DNA of 62,912 nucleotides, filler included, from Octopus bimaculoides (taxonomy: Eukaryota): NCBI RefSeq assembly GCF_001194135.2. It is 5 parts of 5 records of this genome, joined end to end, with 100 filler letters (N's around TTAATTAATTAA, not from the genome) between each part and the next. Parts side by side here need not be neighbours in the genome. Positions count along the whole stretch, not along the records: positions 1 to 27,509 come from NC_068983.1; positions 27,610 to 46,614 come from NW_026350732.1; 3 more parts are not named here. One strand, given 5' to 3'. The translations under genes and the position numbers were made by a program. The number at the start of each line of letters is the position of its first letter. Position 1 is the first letter of the stretch. The notes under the pieces are model-generated. The model made no database searches, was not told the DNA's origin, and was given only the letters and a program-made list of their open reading frames with translations. Positions 16,052 to 27,934 of this stretch are shown here, in pieces.

Positions 16052-16256
16052 CTTGAATCAGAGGATTCATATGGAAATAACATTGAGTTGTTTCAAGAAT
16101 TTGGTAAACTTAAGGACGAAAACTGGAATTTTGCTTGTGTTAATGTACCCAACTACAGTAGAAATTATACTTACCGATTTATTGCTAGAAGAACTTTAGG
16201 ATTTAATGGCCATATCGCTCTGCTTGATGTTGGTTTCAAAGAAGGATATTGTCAAG
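16052..16256 (+). CDS. Exon: MAM domain 1, C-terminal part
   Basis: TATTTTCAG| and G|GTAAGA, phase 0-1, compatible with the 11763 exon. Reads LESEDSYGNNIELFQEFGKLKDENWNFACVNVPNYSRNYTYRFIARRTLGFNGHIALLDVGFKEGYCQ, matching MAM W-x4-V...F-x-A-x-R...G-x-IA-x2-D...G-x-C. Contains N-glycosylation sequons NYS and NYT. Confidence 0.9.
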
Positions 16257-16304
16257 GTAAGATTGATTACATCTCTTCTCTACTCTACTCTACTCTACTC
16301 TAGG

Positions 16305-16738
16305 CACTACGCCCGAAACTTTTGGGAGGCGATTAAGTCAATTAGATCGACCCCAGTACGCAATTGGTACTTAATTTATCGACCCCGAAAGGATGAAAGG
16401 CAACGTCGACCTCGACTGGATTTGAACTCACAACGTAAAGACAGACGAAATACCGCTAAGTTTTTCGCCCGGCGTGCTAACCTTTCTGTGAGCTCGCCGC
16501 CTAGGAAATCCCAGTGAATATTCTTTTCTACTTTAGGTACAAGGCCCGAAATTTTGTGGGGTGGGAGCCAATTGATTTGACCGACCCCACTACGCAGCTG
16601 GTACTTAATTCATCGACCCCGAAAGGATGAAAGGCAGAGTCGACCTCAGCAGAATTTGAACTCAGAACGTAAAGACGGACGAAATACTACTATGCATTTC
16701 GCCTAGCTTGCTAACGATTCCGTCAGCTCGCTGCCTTA
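16305..16738 (-). mobile_element. Two tandem Deu/Nin-like tRNA SINE copies
   Basis: Two adjacent units each contain CGACCCCGAAAGGATGAAAGGCA-x2-GTCGACCTC and TTTGAACTCA. Confidence 0.85.
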
Positions 16739-16989
16739 GATTGATTACATCTCTGTCGCATCGATTTATCTATCAGCCTTTCTGTTTATCTAGCTACCTA
16801 CCAACCAATGTAACTACTTAACTATCTATCACTTAACTTATCCGCCTGTGCAAGTTTATCTACCAATCACTAGCATTTTTTCTGTCTTTTCTGTTTCACA
16901 TCGGCGTAAAATTGATTTACATTTACTGAAAATTATCTTTCTTGTAATTGACGACAAAACCACAGATATTGTTTGGAACTGAAGTAAGC

Positions 16990-17212
16990 ATAGTTACACA
17001 TTGAAGTCATGGCAATAAATTAGATACATAAAAAGTTGCAGAAAATGTCAACATTCTTTACATATATTGTTTTATAACTTACGGTATTTTGATTAGGACA
17101 TTCTTGGTTGCAAATAGACACACAGCATGATTTTAGTAACAACTAAATCTTGTGATAAGCAGTCAGGGAGAGGCAGAGAGAGAGAGAGTGAGAGAGAGAG
17201 AGAAAGAGAGAG

Positions 17213-17261
<49 letters not shown>

Positions 17262-17666
17262 GGGGGCGAGGAGAGGGAGAGAGAAAGAGAGAGAGAGTGA
17301 GAAAGAAAAAAGTCGAAAAGTGAGCGATGAATGATTTAGAGAGTGGGTAATAAGAATTTCCCTTGTGGTGTAAAAGTTACTTCCGAGAAATAAATTAAGT
17401 ACTAGGACGGGACAATTAAGTCCAAGTCTACACTTGAAACGCAGCAATAAATTAAACAAATCGAAAATTACAGTGACATGAAATATCATTTTTTTAGATA
17501 TGTCTTTGTATTATGTTAAGATCATAGCTTAGGTGTTTTGATTGGGACTCTCTTGGTTGTAAATAAACAAGCATCCAGCATGGTTTTAGTACCAACTAAA
17601 ACTAGTGTTTAGCACAGAGGGAGAGGCAGAGAGAGAGAGAAAGAAAGGGGAGATAGATGATCTGAA

Positions 17667-17728
<62 letters not shown>

Positions 17729-17890
17729 TAAATGATTTAGAGAGTGTAGAAAGAGAATTTACCTGGTGAGGTAAAATTTACTTCCGAGAAACTAAATTCG
17801 AAGATGGGACAATTAGGTTCAAATTCTACATTTAAGACACAGGAATAAATTGAATAAATTAAAAGTTGCAGAAACCTGTTATTTATATTT
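16990..17890. repeat. Diverged tandem duplication, period about 450 bp, each unit containing a (GA)n tract
   Basis: TTTTGATT(A/G)GGAC...CTTGGTTG...GGGAGAGGCAGAGAG...GAGCGAT-x-AATGATTTAGAGAGTG...TTACTTCCGAGAAA occurs at about 17078 and about 17525, with a partial tail copy at about 17000. Confidence 0.85.
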
Positions 17891-17899
17891 AGATATATA

Positions 17900-18850
17900 T
17901 ACACGGCAAAGATGACAAGGATGGAGGCATGAATGTAGATGAAAGATGTTACCGCTACTTGGTGGACACTCAAGAAAACAAAGAAGGTTTAAGCGGGAAA
18001 CCTGCCCGGAAAGTAAACCCAAGTGCAAATGCCCTAACCACCATCAAAGCGAAAAACCGTGGAGGTGAAAGAGCCAAGAAAGAACAACCAAAAGGAGCAA
18101 AAACAAAAGATGAAACAGCCAAAGAAAGAAGCAAACCTGACTACCCATATAACAAAAAGAATAAAAATAGACAGCATACACGAATGTGCAAATTCTACTT
18201 GAAAGGTGTCTGCTGGTAGGGAGGTGCTAACTGTCGTTTTGCACACCAAAGACCCCCTACACAAACATGAGACAGGGCGGAAACTGCTTACCGAAAGGAA
18301 AGGACTACACACCACCTTCCCCAAAACGGAGATACGCAGATGCAGTGCGTGCTACAAACCAGTCCTATCAACATACTGAAAAGGCAGCTGCTGAACAACA
18401 GTCATTTTTGTGCATGGCACAAAATATTGCACAGCAGCTGACCTGGCTACATCAGTCTCACAGATGGGACTATCCCCAATTCACAAGACCACCACAGCAA
18501 ATAGACCCAACGTGGGCACCACTTGCAGCAACACAGATATCACATCGGTGCTCTTACTGAACATCAAAGGATTGTTAACACTTAGTAACAGGACAAAAAT
18601 TCCTTTCCTGAGAGACCTTGTTGCATTCAATCAAGCCTTATGCATAGCACTTACGGAAACACACCTGAAACCAGATATAGCAAATGCAGAAATACACATG
18701 CCACAGTATGATGTATTACGGACTGACAGAAAAGAAAGGAGTCATGATGGAGTTGCTATGTGCATCCGCGAAAACCTCACACACTAGGTCCTTTTGTCAC
18801 ACTCACATTCAGTATATGACACACTAATTGTACATATAAGACAAGTGAAA
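17900..18850 (+). mobile_element. LINE 5' fragment: ORF1 end with a CCCH zinc finger, and start of the APE endonuclease (CR1/L2 group)
   Basis: CKFYLKGVCW*GGANCRFAH, then LLLNIKGL...IALTETHL...YDVLRTDRKERSHDGVAMCIR. Confidence 0.88.
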
Positions 18851-18879
18851 AACGTCCCATAAATAACAAGTAGAAGTTC

Positions 18880-19330
18880 GTGACGCATCCAGTAACGGGT
18901 CTCTGCCTATATAGGTCGCCCGTACATATCACAAATGTGTGGTCTGTGTAACCAATGATTTTGAATTCTGAATTCAGACGTCTAAAGAAATCTGGTCACC
19001 AAATCTCTGATGAGTCATAGACAACTACGCGTCTGAAGGTATGGCCTCCCCTACTGGTCATGTCCACTACTACCAGCTTACCTGCTGGGTCCAAAGAGAT
19101 AGACCGTATCGTGAAATCTGCACCTTTTCGAAACAACACAGCACATCCTCTTTCCAATTTCAGTTGATTTGGAGATAAATAGATATAATTCTCACCGAAA
19201 ATGGGTGCGAGTGCTGGTGGACAGGAAACTCTTCTCTCGCTAATGACTCCATATCTCTCTCTAGTGACCTGGGATCGTTTAGTAGGTGGACCTGCTTCTA
19301 AGGTGTTCCCAGGTCACATCATGTGAGTAA
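18880..19330 (-). mobile_element. Tx1/L1-like LINE APE endonuclease fragment
   Basis: Minus frame reads RGCAVLFRKGADFTIRSISLDPAGKLVVVDMTSRGGHTFRRVVVYDSS...DFFRRL...VICTGDL. Confidence 0.7.
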
Positions 19331-20094
19331 CATCTGTGTATTGAAGTACAATCTGTTATTGCTTTGTAGTTCGTGTTTATGGCAGTGGGTTTTATTTGCC
19401 TTCTTCCCCGTCGCCGTCGTCCTGTGGAAAGTCTGAGTGGTTCCAAGTGGGGAGCTGCATGTTTTAGGAAGTCATTGCCTTTTCTTCTGTTGTTGATTGG
19501 AAGCTTTCAGTTGCTGTTGGTGGTGATGTGGTGAATCTTTAGTGGGTGGAAAGTTTTTCAATCACTGTTGTGCTACTACTGCTTAATTTGCTGTTCGGTT
19601 TTGGTGTTGCTGTTGCGGCCTCATGCTGCCGTTGGTACTACTCATGTTTTGTCCTCTCCATCAAATGGGGGAGTTGTCATCAGCCAATTAATATTTATTT
19701 CTGGAGGGACATACTGAAGTAACGGTTATACTTCCATACATGTTCCTCTGCCTGTGTGGGACCCAACCCAACTAACAAAACTGATTGGTGACTTGCATCA
19801 GTTTATCATTCATAAAAAAAGTAGCTTTTCTGATTTTTATACTTCTCAGTTTTCTCTTATATCAATTGATTGATAAATGAATCGATTAATAACTTTGACT
19901 AACGATTGTTTTAGTCTTTCCTTTCCTCCAAATTTAATATTACACAACGAAAAAGTACTCACTTCAAATTGATCCTATTCTTCTACGCTAATTATCACTG
20001 CTTGTGTTTATGTGTTGTGTAAAAATGAAAGCTATACATTATTACTGTTAATATTTTAACATTGAGCTAACGAAGGTTCTCTTTCTCATTAAAG

Positions 20095-20205
20095 CCAGAA
20101 GCATTTCCTGTAACTTCACAAACCCTATGATATGCCAGTACCACAATTTTATGTACAGTAAATGGGAAAGAGTACAATCAGGAAACGTAAGCGGATCAAC
20201 AAATG
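20095..20205 (+). CDS. Exon: MAM domain 2, N-terminal part
   Basis: TTCTCTTTCTCATTAAAG| and G|GTAAAC, phase 1-1. Reads RSISCNFTNPMICQYHNFMYSKWERVQSGNVSGSTN, matching MAM C-x-F...C...W-x-R. Confidence 0.85.
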
Positions 20206-21199
20206 GTAAACAAATATTCTGTATTTTAAATTGCATGAAAATTTTGTTATTTCCCGTAAATGTATGTTTGTCAACTGACATGCCTATTCCTATAAATTCA
20301 AATGTATAAATCTTACATAAAGCTCTCAAAGGCTTTTGGTAGATATAAAATAAACCAAAGAGATGTTTTGTGTTGAATAACTTTATCTAATCTTTACCAT
20401 CAACATTATTGTCATACTAGATAGTCTCGGTACAGTATGCACTTAAAAAAACAAAGGCAGGATTTTGTGAAGGATATTATTTTCACTGACAACTTCTGTT
20501 ATTTACATTTGCTTAGAAACAACAAACAGAAATACAGATGAGCGTAACCGAAATGCATCTTTACAGACAAATATGCACAGTCAAACATATTTGCAAATTC
20601 AGCCGCAAGACCTACTTCTTACGCTAAATATTTTTTCTCGTCTTAACGTTTTCTTTAATTTTTAACTAGCAAATTACCTGGGTTTAGGAGTTGATCTAGA
20701 CAGTGAGATATCATTTTAACAATCAGTGATTTTAGTTGGTATTTATCACACTCAATGTACCGTGTCTATAACTTGACTCTCCTACCTATAATTCGATATC
20801 ACGCAAAGAATAGATAGAAAAGAGAATTTTGACTGAGTTGATTGGTCATCATTCAACTAGTGAATATAGAAGTAGATTAGTAATTTTTGTCTAATCTATA
20901 TCATTAACATAATTGTCATGCTAGATAGTCTGGTGCTGAAGGCTAAAATACTAAACTCTCAAATGAGCGAACATACCAAACGATAAACAGTCGCAGCGAA
21001 TTTAATGTTTCCAAGGGTCGTCTTATTGAATGACGATTTCATTTACACAATCCAAATAGGTTACTGTAATTAGTTGGTGAGGTTGAAATTAATGGTTACA
21101 TATTTTTATGAAAATATTCTTTTATATTATGAGATGTATTTTGTAACACTAAGTATAAATTCCTTACAAAATAAATATATTTTCAAATTTCTTCTCTAG

Positions 21200-21529
21200 A
21201 TGTGTACATGCAAGCTACTTCTATATACAATACTCTTGGTTTGGCATCACCGAGTGAAAACATTACCAGTAGCTGTGTGCAAATTAGATACAAGATAATC
21301 GATAGATGTAACCTGACCATTTATAATGCATTGAACAAGAAATTACTTTTCAGTGTGGCGAGTCAAGGTACAACCCCGTGGCTTATATATCAAATATATA
21401 TTGAGAAAAATACGCCTACCAAATTTATTTTTCTGAAAGACTATGCGCACAATATATTTTACCGACCTACATATTGTTCAGTTCTACTTGATTATATCAA
21501 CGTCACGAAAAATAAATGTCCAGATTTAG
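21200..21529 (+). CDS. Exon: MAM domain 2, remainder
   Basis: CTTCTCTAG| and G|GTAAGT, phase 1-1, 330 nt fully open. Reads VYMQATS...LASP...SCVQIRY...PW...VLLDYINVTKNKCPDL. Contains sequons NIT, NLT and NVT. Confidence 0.88.
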
Positions 21530-24152
21530 GTAAGTTTTAAAATTTTTTCTGTTTAATTTCTGTTTCTAAATTCAATGCTTTCGTCTTGACTCATATGCTT
21601 AAATAGGTTAAGAAGAGAAAATATTTGATTTTTAATTTTCATTCTTACACCAAATATAATCAATCACTATATTAATCTTATACTAGCCTTAATATTCTTC
21701 TTGCATATGTCTTGGTGGGAAAGTTCACTTTGGTTTTGATAATGCTTGCCATAATTTGCTAACAAGTTCAGAGAACAGAGCAAGATGTACATTAGCACAT
21801 TATATCCAAGTTTCTAGAAGCTTAGAACCATTTTTTACCGACAAATCATTTTAATCTGAGGTTTTAACAATCCCAAGTAATTTTTGAATAAGAGCTTGAA
21901 ATACAGGCTTGTACATTAATGCAAAGCTTATTCTGATATAAATTGTTAACTTTCATAAGTCTCTACAAAAGCAGTAGTTTTGAATTTCAATTCATTCACA
22001 CATATTCTATCGTCACAAACCACTGAATGTGTTGATATTTGCTACATCTCTCCGGAGTTCCATGTTTTATTTGTTTTCAATAAAAACTTTAAATAACAGT
22101 GCTATGTAAATCTTCATTTTCTTTATTGACAAACATTTGTTACCTCTAAAATTGATCTTAAAATCATCAGATATATTATCTAAGTATATATATATTTCTG
22201 CTGCTTTTAAATAATATATATATATATATATATATANNNNNNNNNNNNNNNNNNNNNNNNNNNNNNNNNNNNNNNNNNNNNNNNNNNNNNNNNNNNNNNN
22301 NNNNNNNNNNNNNNNNNNNNNNNNNNNNNNNNNNNNNNNNNNNNNNNNNNNNNNNNNNNNNNNNNNNNNNNNNNNNNNNNNNNNNNNNNNNNNNNNNNNN
22401 NNNNNNNNNNNNNNNNNNNNNNNNNNNNNNNNNNNNNNNNNNNNNNNNNNNNNNNNNNNNNNNNNNNNNNNNNNNNNNNNNNNNNNNNNNNNNNNNNNNN
22501 NNNNNNNNNNNNNNNNNNNNNNNNNNNNNNNNNNNNNNNNNNNNNNNNNNNNNNNNNNNNNNNNNNNNNNNNNNNNNNNNNNNNNNNNNNNNNNNNNNNN
22601 NNNNNNNNNNNNNNNNNNNNNNNNNNNNNNNNNNNNNNNNNNNNNNNNNNNNNNNNNNNNNNNNNNNNNNNNNNNNNNNNNNNNNNNNNNNNNNNNNNNN
22701 NNNNNNNNNNNNNNNNNNNNNNNNNNNNNNNNNNNNNNNNNNNNNNNNNNNNNNNNNNNNNNNNNNNNNNNNNNNNNNNNNNNNNNNNNNNNNNNNNNNN
22801 NNNNNNNNNNNNNNNNNNNNNNNNNNNNNNNNNNNNNNNNNNNNNNNNNNNNNNNNNNNNNNNNNNNNNNNNNNNNNNNNNNNNNNNNNNNNNNNNNNNN
22901 NNNNNNNNNNNNNNNNNNNNNNNNNNNNNNNNNNNNNNNNNNNNNNNNNNNNNNNNNNNNNNNNNNNNNNNNNNNNNNNNNNNNNNNNNNNNNNNNNNNN
23001 NNNNNNNNNNNNNNNNNNNNNNNNNNNNNNNNNNNNNNNNNNNNNNNNNNNNNNNNNNNNNNNNNNNNNNNNNNNNNNNNNNNNNNNNNNNNNNNNNNNN
23101 NNNNNNNNNNNNNNNNNNNNNNNNNNNNNNNNNNNNNNNNNNNNNNNNNNNTGTGTGTGTGTGTGTATATCGCGATGATAGATCGCTAACCACTACACAC
23201 ATTTTTTTTTCTCTCCTTGTTTCTTTCTGTGTTCCTTTCTGTGGAAGAGTGTAGGCTCGAAACATTAAAAACTTTTTCAATTCCCGAGCGTTACACTAAT
23301 ACATCTATTTGTTCTCTACACCACCTGTCTTCGTCTGTTGTTTTTTTTTTTTGTGAATTCTCCCTTTTGCAACGTCCTGTACCCAGATATGCATCTATAT
23401 ATACATGTAGATGTAGGTATGNNNNNNNNNNNNNNNNNNNNNNNNNNNNNNNNNNNNNNNNNNNNNNNNNNNNNNNNNNNNNNNNNNNNNNNNNNNNNNN
23501 NNNNNNNNNNNNNNNNNNNNNNNNNNNNNNNNNNNNNNNNNNTATATACATATATATAATTAAATTACGGGCATGCAAAATTTCTAGCACATATGCTGAA
23601 GATAGACACCAAATCGTCCCTCCGCTTCAAACATAATCACAATGTTAGACACGTGTTGAACTCGAGGGAGCAAAGTAACGAAAATGCATAGCAATATAAT
23701 AGCTCTGGATTGACCAATTTCTGTATTTACCCCATGGCTTTTCCTCGTCAGAAGAGCATACTAATGGCAAATTAATGAGGTATTTATACATACCCACAGG
23801 AAAGCAAACACAAAGCCATAACTACATATAAATACTACATTTACCTCTAAAATCGAATTTCGAAGCTTACCTCAGCACATGTGTATTCGGTCAAAGTGGC
23901 ACGTAAGAGGCTATACTGTCCCGTAATGAATAGAAATGTTTTCAGTTATAATAAAGGATATTTTTTTTTATATAATTTTACCAGTGGCCAACATATAAAA
24001 ATAGGCCTAGTAAAGTGTGGTATGTCTAAATATTTCATTTATTCCCCTTCAGTATGCTCTGCTGACGCGAATAAGCAATGGGGCAAATCTATAAATTGGT
24101 CAATCCAGAACTATCTATATTGTTATGAATTTCGGTTAGCTTGCTCCCTCGA

Positions 24153-24189
<37 letters not shown>

Positions 24190-24968
24190 NNNNNNNNNNN
24201 NNNNNNNNNNNNNNNNNNNNNNNNNNNNNNNNNNNNNNNNNNNNNNNNNNNNNNNNNNNNNNNNNNNNNNNNNNNNNNNNNNNNNNNNNNNNNNNNNNNN
24301 NNNNNNNNNNNNNNNNNNNNNNNNNNNNNNNNNNNNNNNNNNNNNNNNNNNNNNNNNNNNNNNNNNNNNNNNNNNNNNNNNNNNNNNNNNNNNNNNNNNN
24401 NNNNNNNNNNNNNNNNNNNNNNNNNNNNNNNNNNNNNNNNNNNNNNNNNNNNNNNNNNNNNNNNNNNNNNNNNNNNNNNNNNNNNNNNNNNNNNNNNNNN
24501 NNNNNNNNNNNNNNNNNNNNNNNNNNNNNNNNNNNNNNNNNNNNNNNNNNNNNNNNNNNNNNNNNNNNNNNNNNNNNNNNNNNNNNNNNNNNNNNNNNNN
24601 NNNNNNNNNNNNNNNNNNNNNNNNNNNNNNNNNNNNNNNNNNNNNNNNNNNNNNNNNNNNNNNNNNNNNNNNNNNNNNNNNNNNNNNNNNNNNNNNNNNN
24701 NNNNNNNNNNNNNNNNNNNNNNNNNNNNNNNNNNNNNNNNNNNNNNNNNNNNNNNNNNNNNNNNNNNNNNNNNNNNNNNNNNNNNNNNNNNNNNNNNNNN
24801 NNNNNNNNNNNNNNNNNNNNNNNNNNNNNNNNNNNNNNNNNNNNNNNNNNNNNNNNNNNNNNNNNNNNNNNNNNNNNNNNNNATATATATATATATATAT
24901 ATATACATATATATTAGTAAGATGTAAAGGATTATCCCAAATCGATTACTAGTTCAGTTTGCTTTCAG

Positions 24969-25187
24969 GACTATACGATCAAATGGGGGTTAATTTCTAC
25001 TGCCAAACTATACAGGCTTGGAACCAGTAGATGTGACCAATACATACAAGAATTTTACAGGATTTTGACACACATATGTAATGTAATAAATTCTGGACAG
25101 GAACTAGCATTGAGATGCTTTCATATGAAAAAATGTTCATTTGAACTATACAAGTTTTCCAAATGTCGGACTGGACATGATTATCCA
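24969..25187 (+). CDS. Candidate Cys-rich exon, domain unknown
   Basis: TTTGCTTTCAG| and CCA|GTAAGA enclose 73 open codons (phase 0-0): DYTIKWGLISTAKLYRLGTSRCDQYIQEFYRILTHICNVINSGQELALRCFHMKKCSFELYKFSKCRTGHDYP. Confidence 0.4.
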
Positions 25188-25335
25188 GTAAGAACTTGAA
25201 ATAGAGATTGTTCGCGGCTGACTTAATGGACATCTCTACATTATACTGCGCAGAATTTATAACAGAATATTATTAAACGGGCATATTGATGATATCAAAT
25301 TAAGGCCCTGAAGATATTGCATCTTTTTACAGTAG

Positions 25336-25416
25336 GGTTGCAATAGCAACGTCTACAAATCGGTGCAATTGAAACGTGATGGCCTTCAAAGGCGGTATAT
25401 AATTATCAAATTAAAG
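25336..25416 (+). CDS. Candidate exon, phase-compatible with 24969-25187
   Basis: CTTTTTACAGTAG| and AAG|GTAATC, phase 0-0: GCNSNVYKSVQLKRDGLQRRYIIIKLK. The intervening intron would be 148 nt. Confidence 0.3.
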
Positions 25417-25444
25417 GTAATCCTATTGCTACTTCAGAGTAAAC

Positions 25445-25486
<42 letters not shown>

Positions 25487-25505
25487 TATATTTATCTATC
25501 TATCC

Positions 25506-25565
<60 letters not shown>

Positions 25566-26439
25566 CTCTCTCTCTCTCTCTCTANNNNNNNNNNNNNNNN
25601 NNNNNNNNNNNNNNNNNNNNNNNNNNNNNNNNNNNNNNNNNNNNNNNNNNNNNNNNNNNNNNNNNNNNNNNNNNNNNNNNNNNNNNNNNNNNNNNNNNNN
25701 NNNNNNNNNNNNNNNNNNNNNNNNNNNNNNNNNNNNNNNNNNNNNNNNNNNNNNNNNNNNNNNNNNNNNNNNNNNNNNNNNNNNNNNNNNNNNNNNNNNN
25801 NNNNNNNNNNNNNNNNNNNNNNNNNNNNNNNNNNNNNNNNNNNNNNNNNNNNNNNNNNNNNNNNNNNNNNNNNNNNNNNNNNNNNNNNNNNNNNNNNNNN
25901 NNNNNNNNNNNNNNNNNNNNNNNNNNNNNNNNNNNNNNNNNNNNNNNNNNNNNNNNNNNNNNNNNNNNNNNNNNNNNNNNNNNNNNNNNNNNNNNNNNNN
26001 NNNNNNNNNNNNNNNNNNNNNNNNNNNNNNNNNNNNNNNNNNNNNNNNNNNNNNNNNNNNNNNNNNNNNNNNNNNNNNNNNNNNNNNNNNNNNNNNNNNN
26101 NNNNNNNNNNNNNNNNNNNNNNNNNNNNNNNNNNNNNNNNNNNNNNNNNNNNNNNNNNNNNNNNNNNNNNNNNNNNNNNNNNNNNNNNNNNNNNNNNNNN
26201 NNNNNNNNNNNNNNNNNNNNNNNNNNNNNNNNNNNNNNNNNNNNNNNNNNNNNNNNNNNNNNNNNNNNNNNNNNNNNNNNNNNNNNNNNNNNNNNNNNNN
26301 NNNNNNNNNNNNNNNNNNNNNNNNNNNNNNNNNNNNNNNNNNNNNNNNNNNNNNNNNNNNNNNNNNNNNNNNNNNNNNNNNNNNNNNNNNNNNNNNNNNN
26401 NNNNNNNNNNNNNNNNNNNNNNNNNNNNNNNNNNNNATA

Positions 26440-27000
26440 TTTACACACAAAACGTATTCCTTGTTTTTCTTTTTTCTCTTTCAAACATTTAACTTTGGGG
26501 AAAAAATTTTTATGAAGAGTAGTTCCATTGCCTTTCGGTATTGTGGATCGTCCCGTGTACATTTATAAAAGGGAAAGGTTTTGAACTTTCCGTCTCCGCA
26601 TATTTCCAGATGTTTAATTAATGGAATCATTCTTAGTTCTTCTTGTCGGATATGTTGCCTGTGAATTCTTGCACGTTGACAAAGTGAGTTATTCGTTTCG
26701 CCAATGTAATTTTCTTTACAGTTTGGACAGGTGATGCAGTATATGAGATTTTGTGTTTTGCAGTTCATATCTGCATTTATTTTAAAAATAGATCCGTTCT
26801 TGAATTTTATATGGGAACCACTTTCTATGTATGTGTAGTTGTTGGTATTGTTACACGTTCCACATCTCCTATCACCACATTCTTTTACTATGAATTCTGG
26901 TTTAGTCTCTGATCTGAATTCTGCCCTTGTCGGGTATTTTTTAAGGTTCTTTGGTTGGCGTCTGCTATTCCGTAAGGTGTTTTTTTCAATCAGAGTTTTN
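26440..27000 (-). mobile_element. Penelope-like element, GIY-YIG endonuclease end
   Basis: Minus strand reads KECGDRRCGTC, then MNCKTQNLIYCITCPNCKENYIGETNNSLCQRARIHRQH...RKAMELLFIKIFSPKLN*. Confidence 0.92.
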
Positions 27001-27221
27001 NNNNNNNNNATATATATACATGTATATGTATGTTATAAATATCTGGGGCTAAAACAACAGTAATATCGTCCTTTACATAACTGTCACGTTATGTTGGCAT
27101 ATAAACATTACTACACGCATACACACACACATACATACACACACATACATACATACACATACGCACGCACACACACACGCACACACACATATGTTTCGAG
27201 ATCAGCAATAAATTTTCGCAG

Positions 27222-27330
27222 GAAAGAGCATATAGTATTTTTCAAGTGGAATGAGTTGTCATCACTAGCTGGTGATGAACACACACTGAGGACGGGTAAC
27301 CAGCCAGAAACTCGAGTCTGTGTGTATCAC
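27222..27330 (+). CDS. Candidate exon overlapping a hammerhead-like motif
   Basis: AATTTTCGCAG| and CAC|GTAAGG, phase 2-0, open: KEHIVFFKWNELSSLAGDEHTLRTGNQPETRVCVYH. Confidence 0.25.
27272..27330 (+). ncRNA. Type I minimal hammerhead-ribozyme-like motif
   Basis: CTGAGGA (27286-92), weak stem II, GAAAC-TCGA-GTC (27307-18). Stem I is ACACACA/TGTGTGT, extended by GTGAT/ATCAC. Confidence 0.6.
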
Positions 27331-27477
27331 GTAAGGCTAAAGATAGGAGCGATGACCTGCCATCGCAAATACTAATCGAACACAGAATGTGTGTCATTAG
27401 CCAACTGGAAGAGATGTCTTCCTGGGACTATTACTGTCAGTAACACTGTCCTGTATCAGACGCCACACTTGGCTGGC

Positions 27478-27509
<32 letters not shown>

Positions 27510-27833
27510 NNNNNNNNNNNNNNNNNNNNNNNNNNNNNNNNNNNNNNNNNNNNTTAATTAATTAANNNNNNNNNNNNNNNNNNNNNNNNNNNNNNNNNNN
27601 NNNNNNNNNGTGTGTGTGTGTGTGTGTGTGTGTGTATAGCTAAGTAAGATTCGAGTAAATTTCTTGTAGAACGCTATGCAAAGTTCGTCCACAGTTATTG
27701 GCTACCTGATGTCATTACACAGTAGAAATGCTCCTGTTACTGGACTTATATCAGGAATTCCATTGTAACAGTAAGAGTTAATATAAATAGATGAATGATA
27801 GAAAATGGACCGAACTACATTCTTTATTCAAAA

Positions 27834-27934
27834 TCACTACAATTGTTTCGACACATTATTATACCTGTAGTACACTGGTAAGATGTGTAATCATTATCAA
27901 ACATACAAAGTGTAAAATGCACCTCTTCAAGTGA
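27834..27934 (-). ncRNA. Degenerate hammerhead-like motif (Penelope terminal-repeat type)
   Basis: Minus strand reads TCAC-TTGAAGA-GGTGCATT...AATGTGTC-GAAAC-AATT-GTA-GTGA, followed by AATAAA. Core position C3 is T. Confidence 0.45.

Noticed and set aside
19008-19045. CTGATGA-GTC-ATA-GAC...ACGCGTC hammerhead look-alike
   Set aside because: GAAA is missing, stem I does not pair, and it is the antisense of the Tx1-like endonuclease codons VVVYDSSE.
23871-23915. Nested minus-strand gene suggested by GTAAG donors (23870, 5230, 1209)
   Set aside because: GTAAG is expected many times by chance in 63 kb. Acceptors are weak, the segment ending at 1210 has stops in all frames and the peptides are unrecognisable.
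27554-27565. TTAATTAATTAA palindromes between N runs (also at 46659, 53653 and 61721)
   Set aside because: Identical 12-mer, always flanked by N runs and giving stops in all six frames: a scaffolding linker, not biology.
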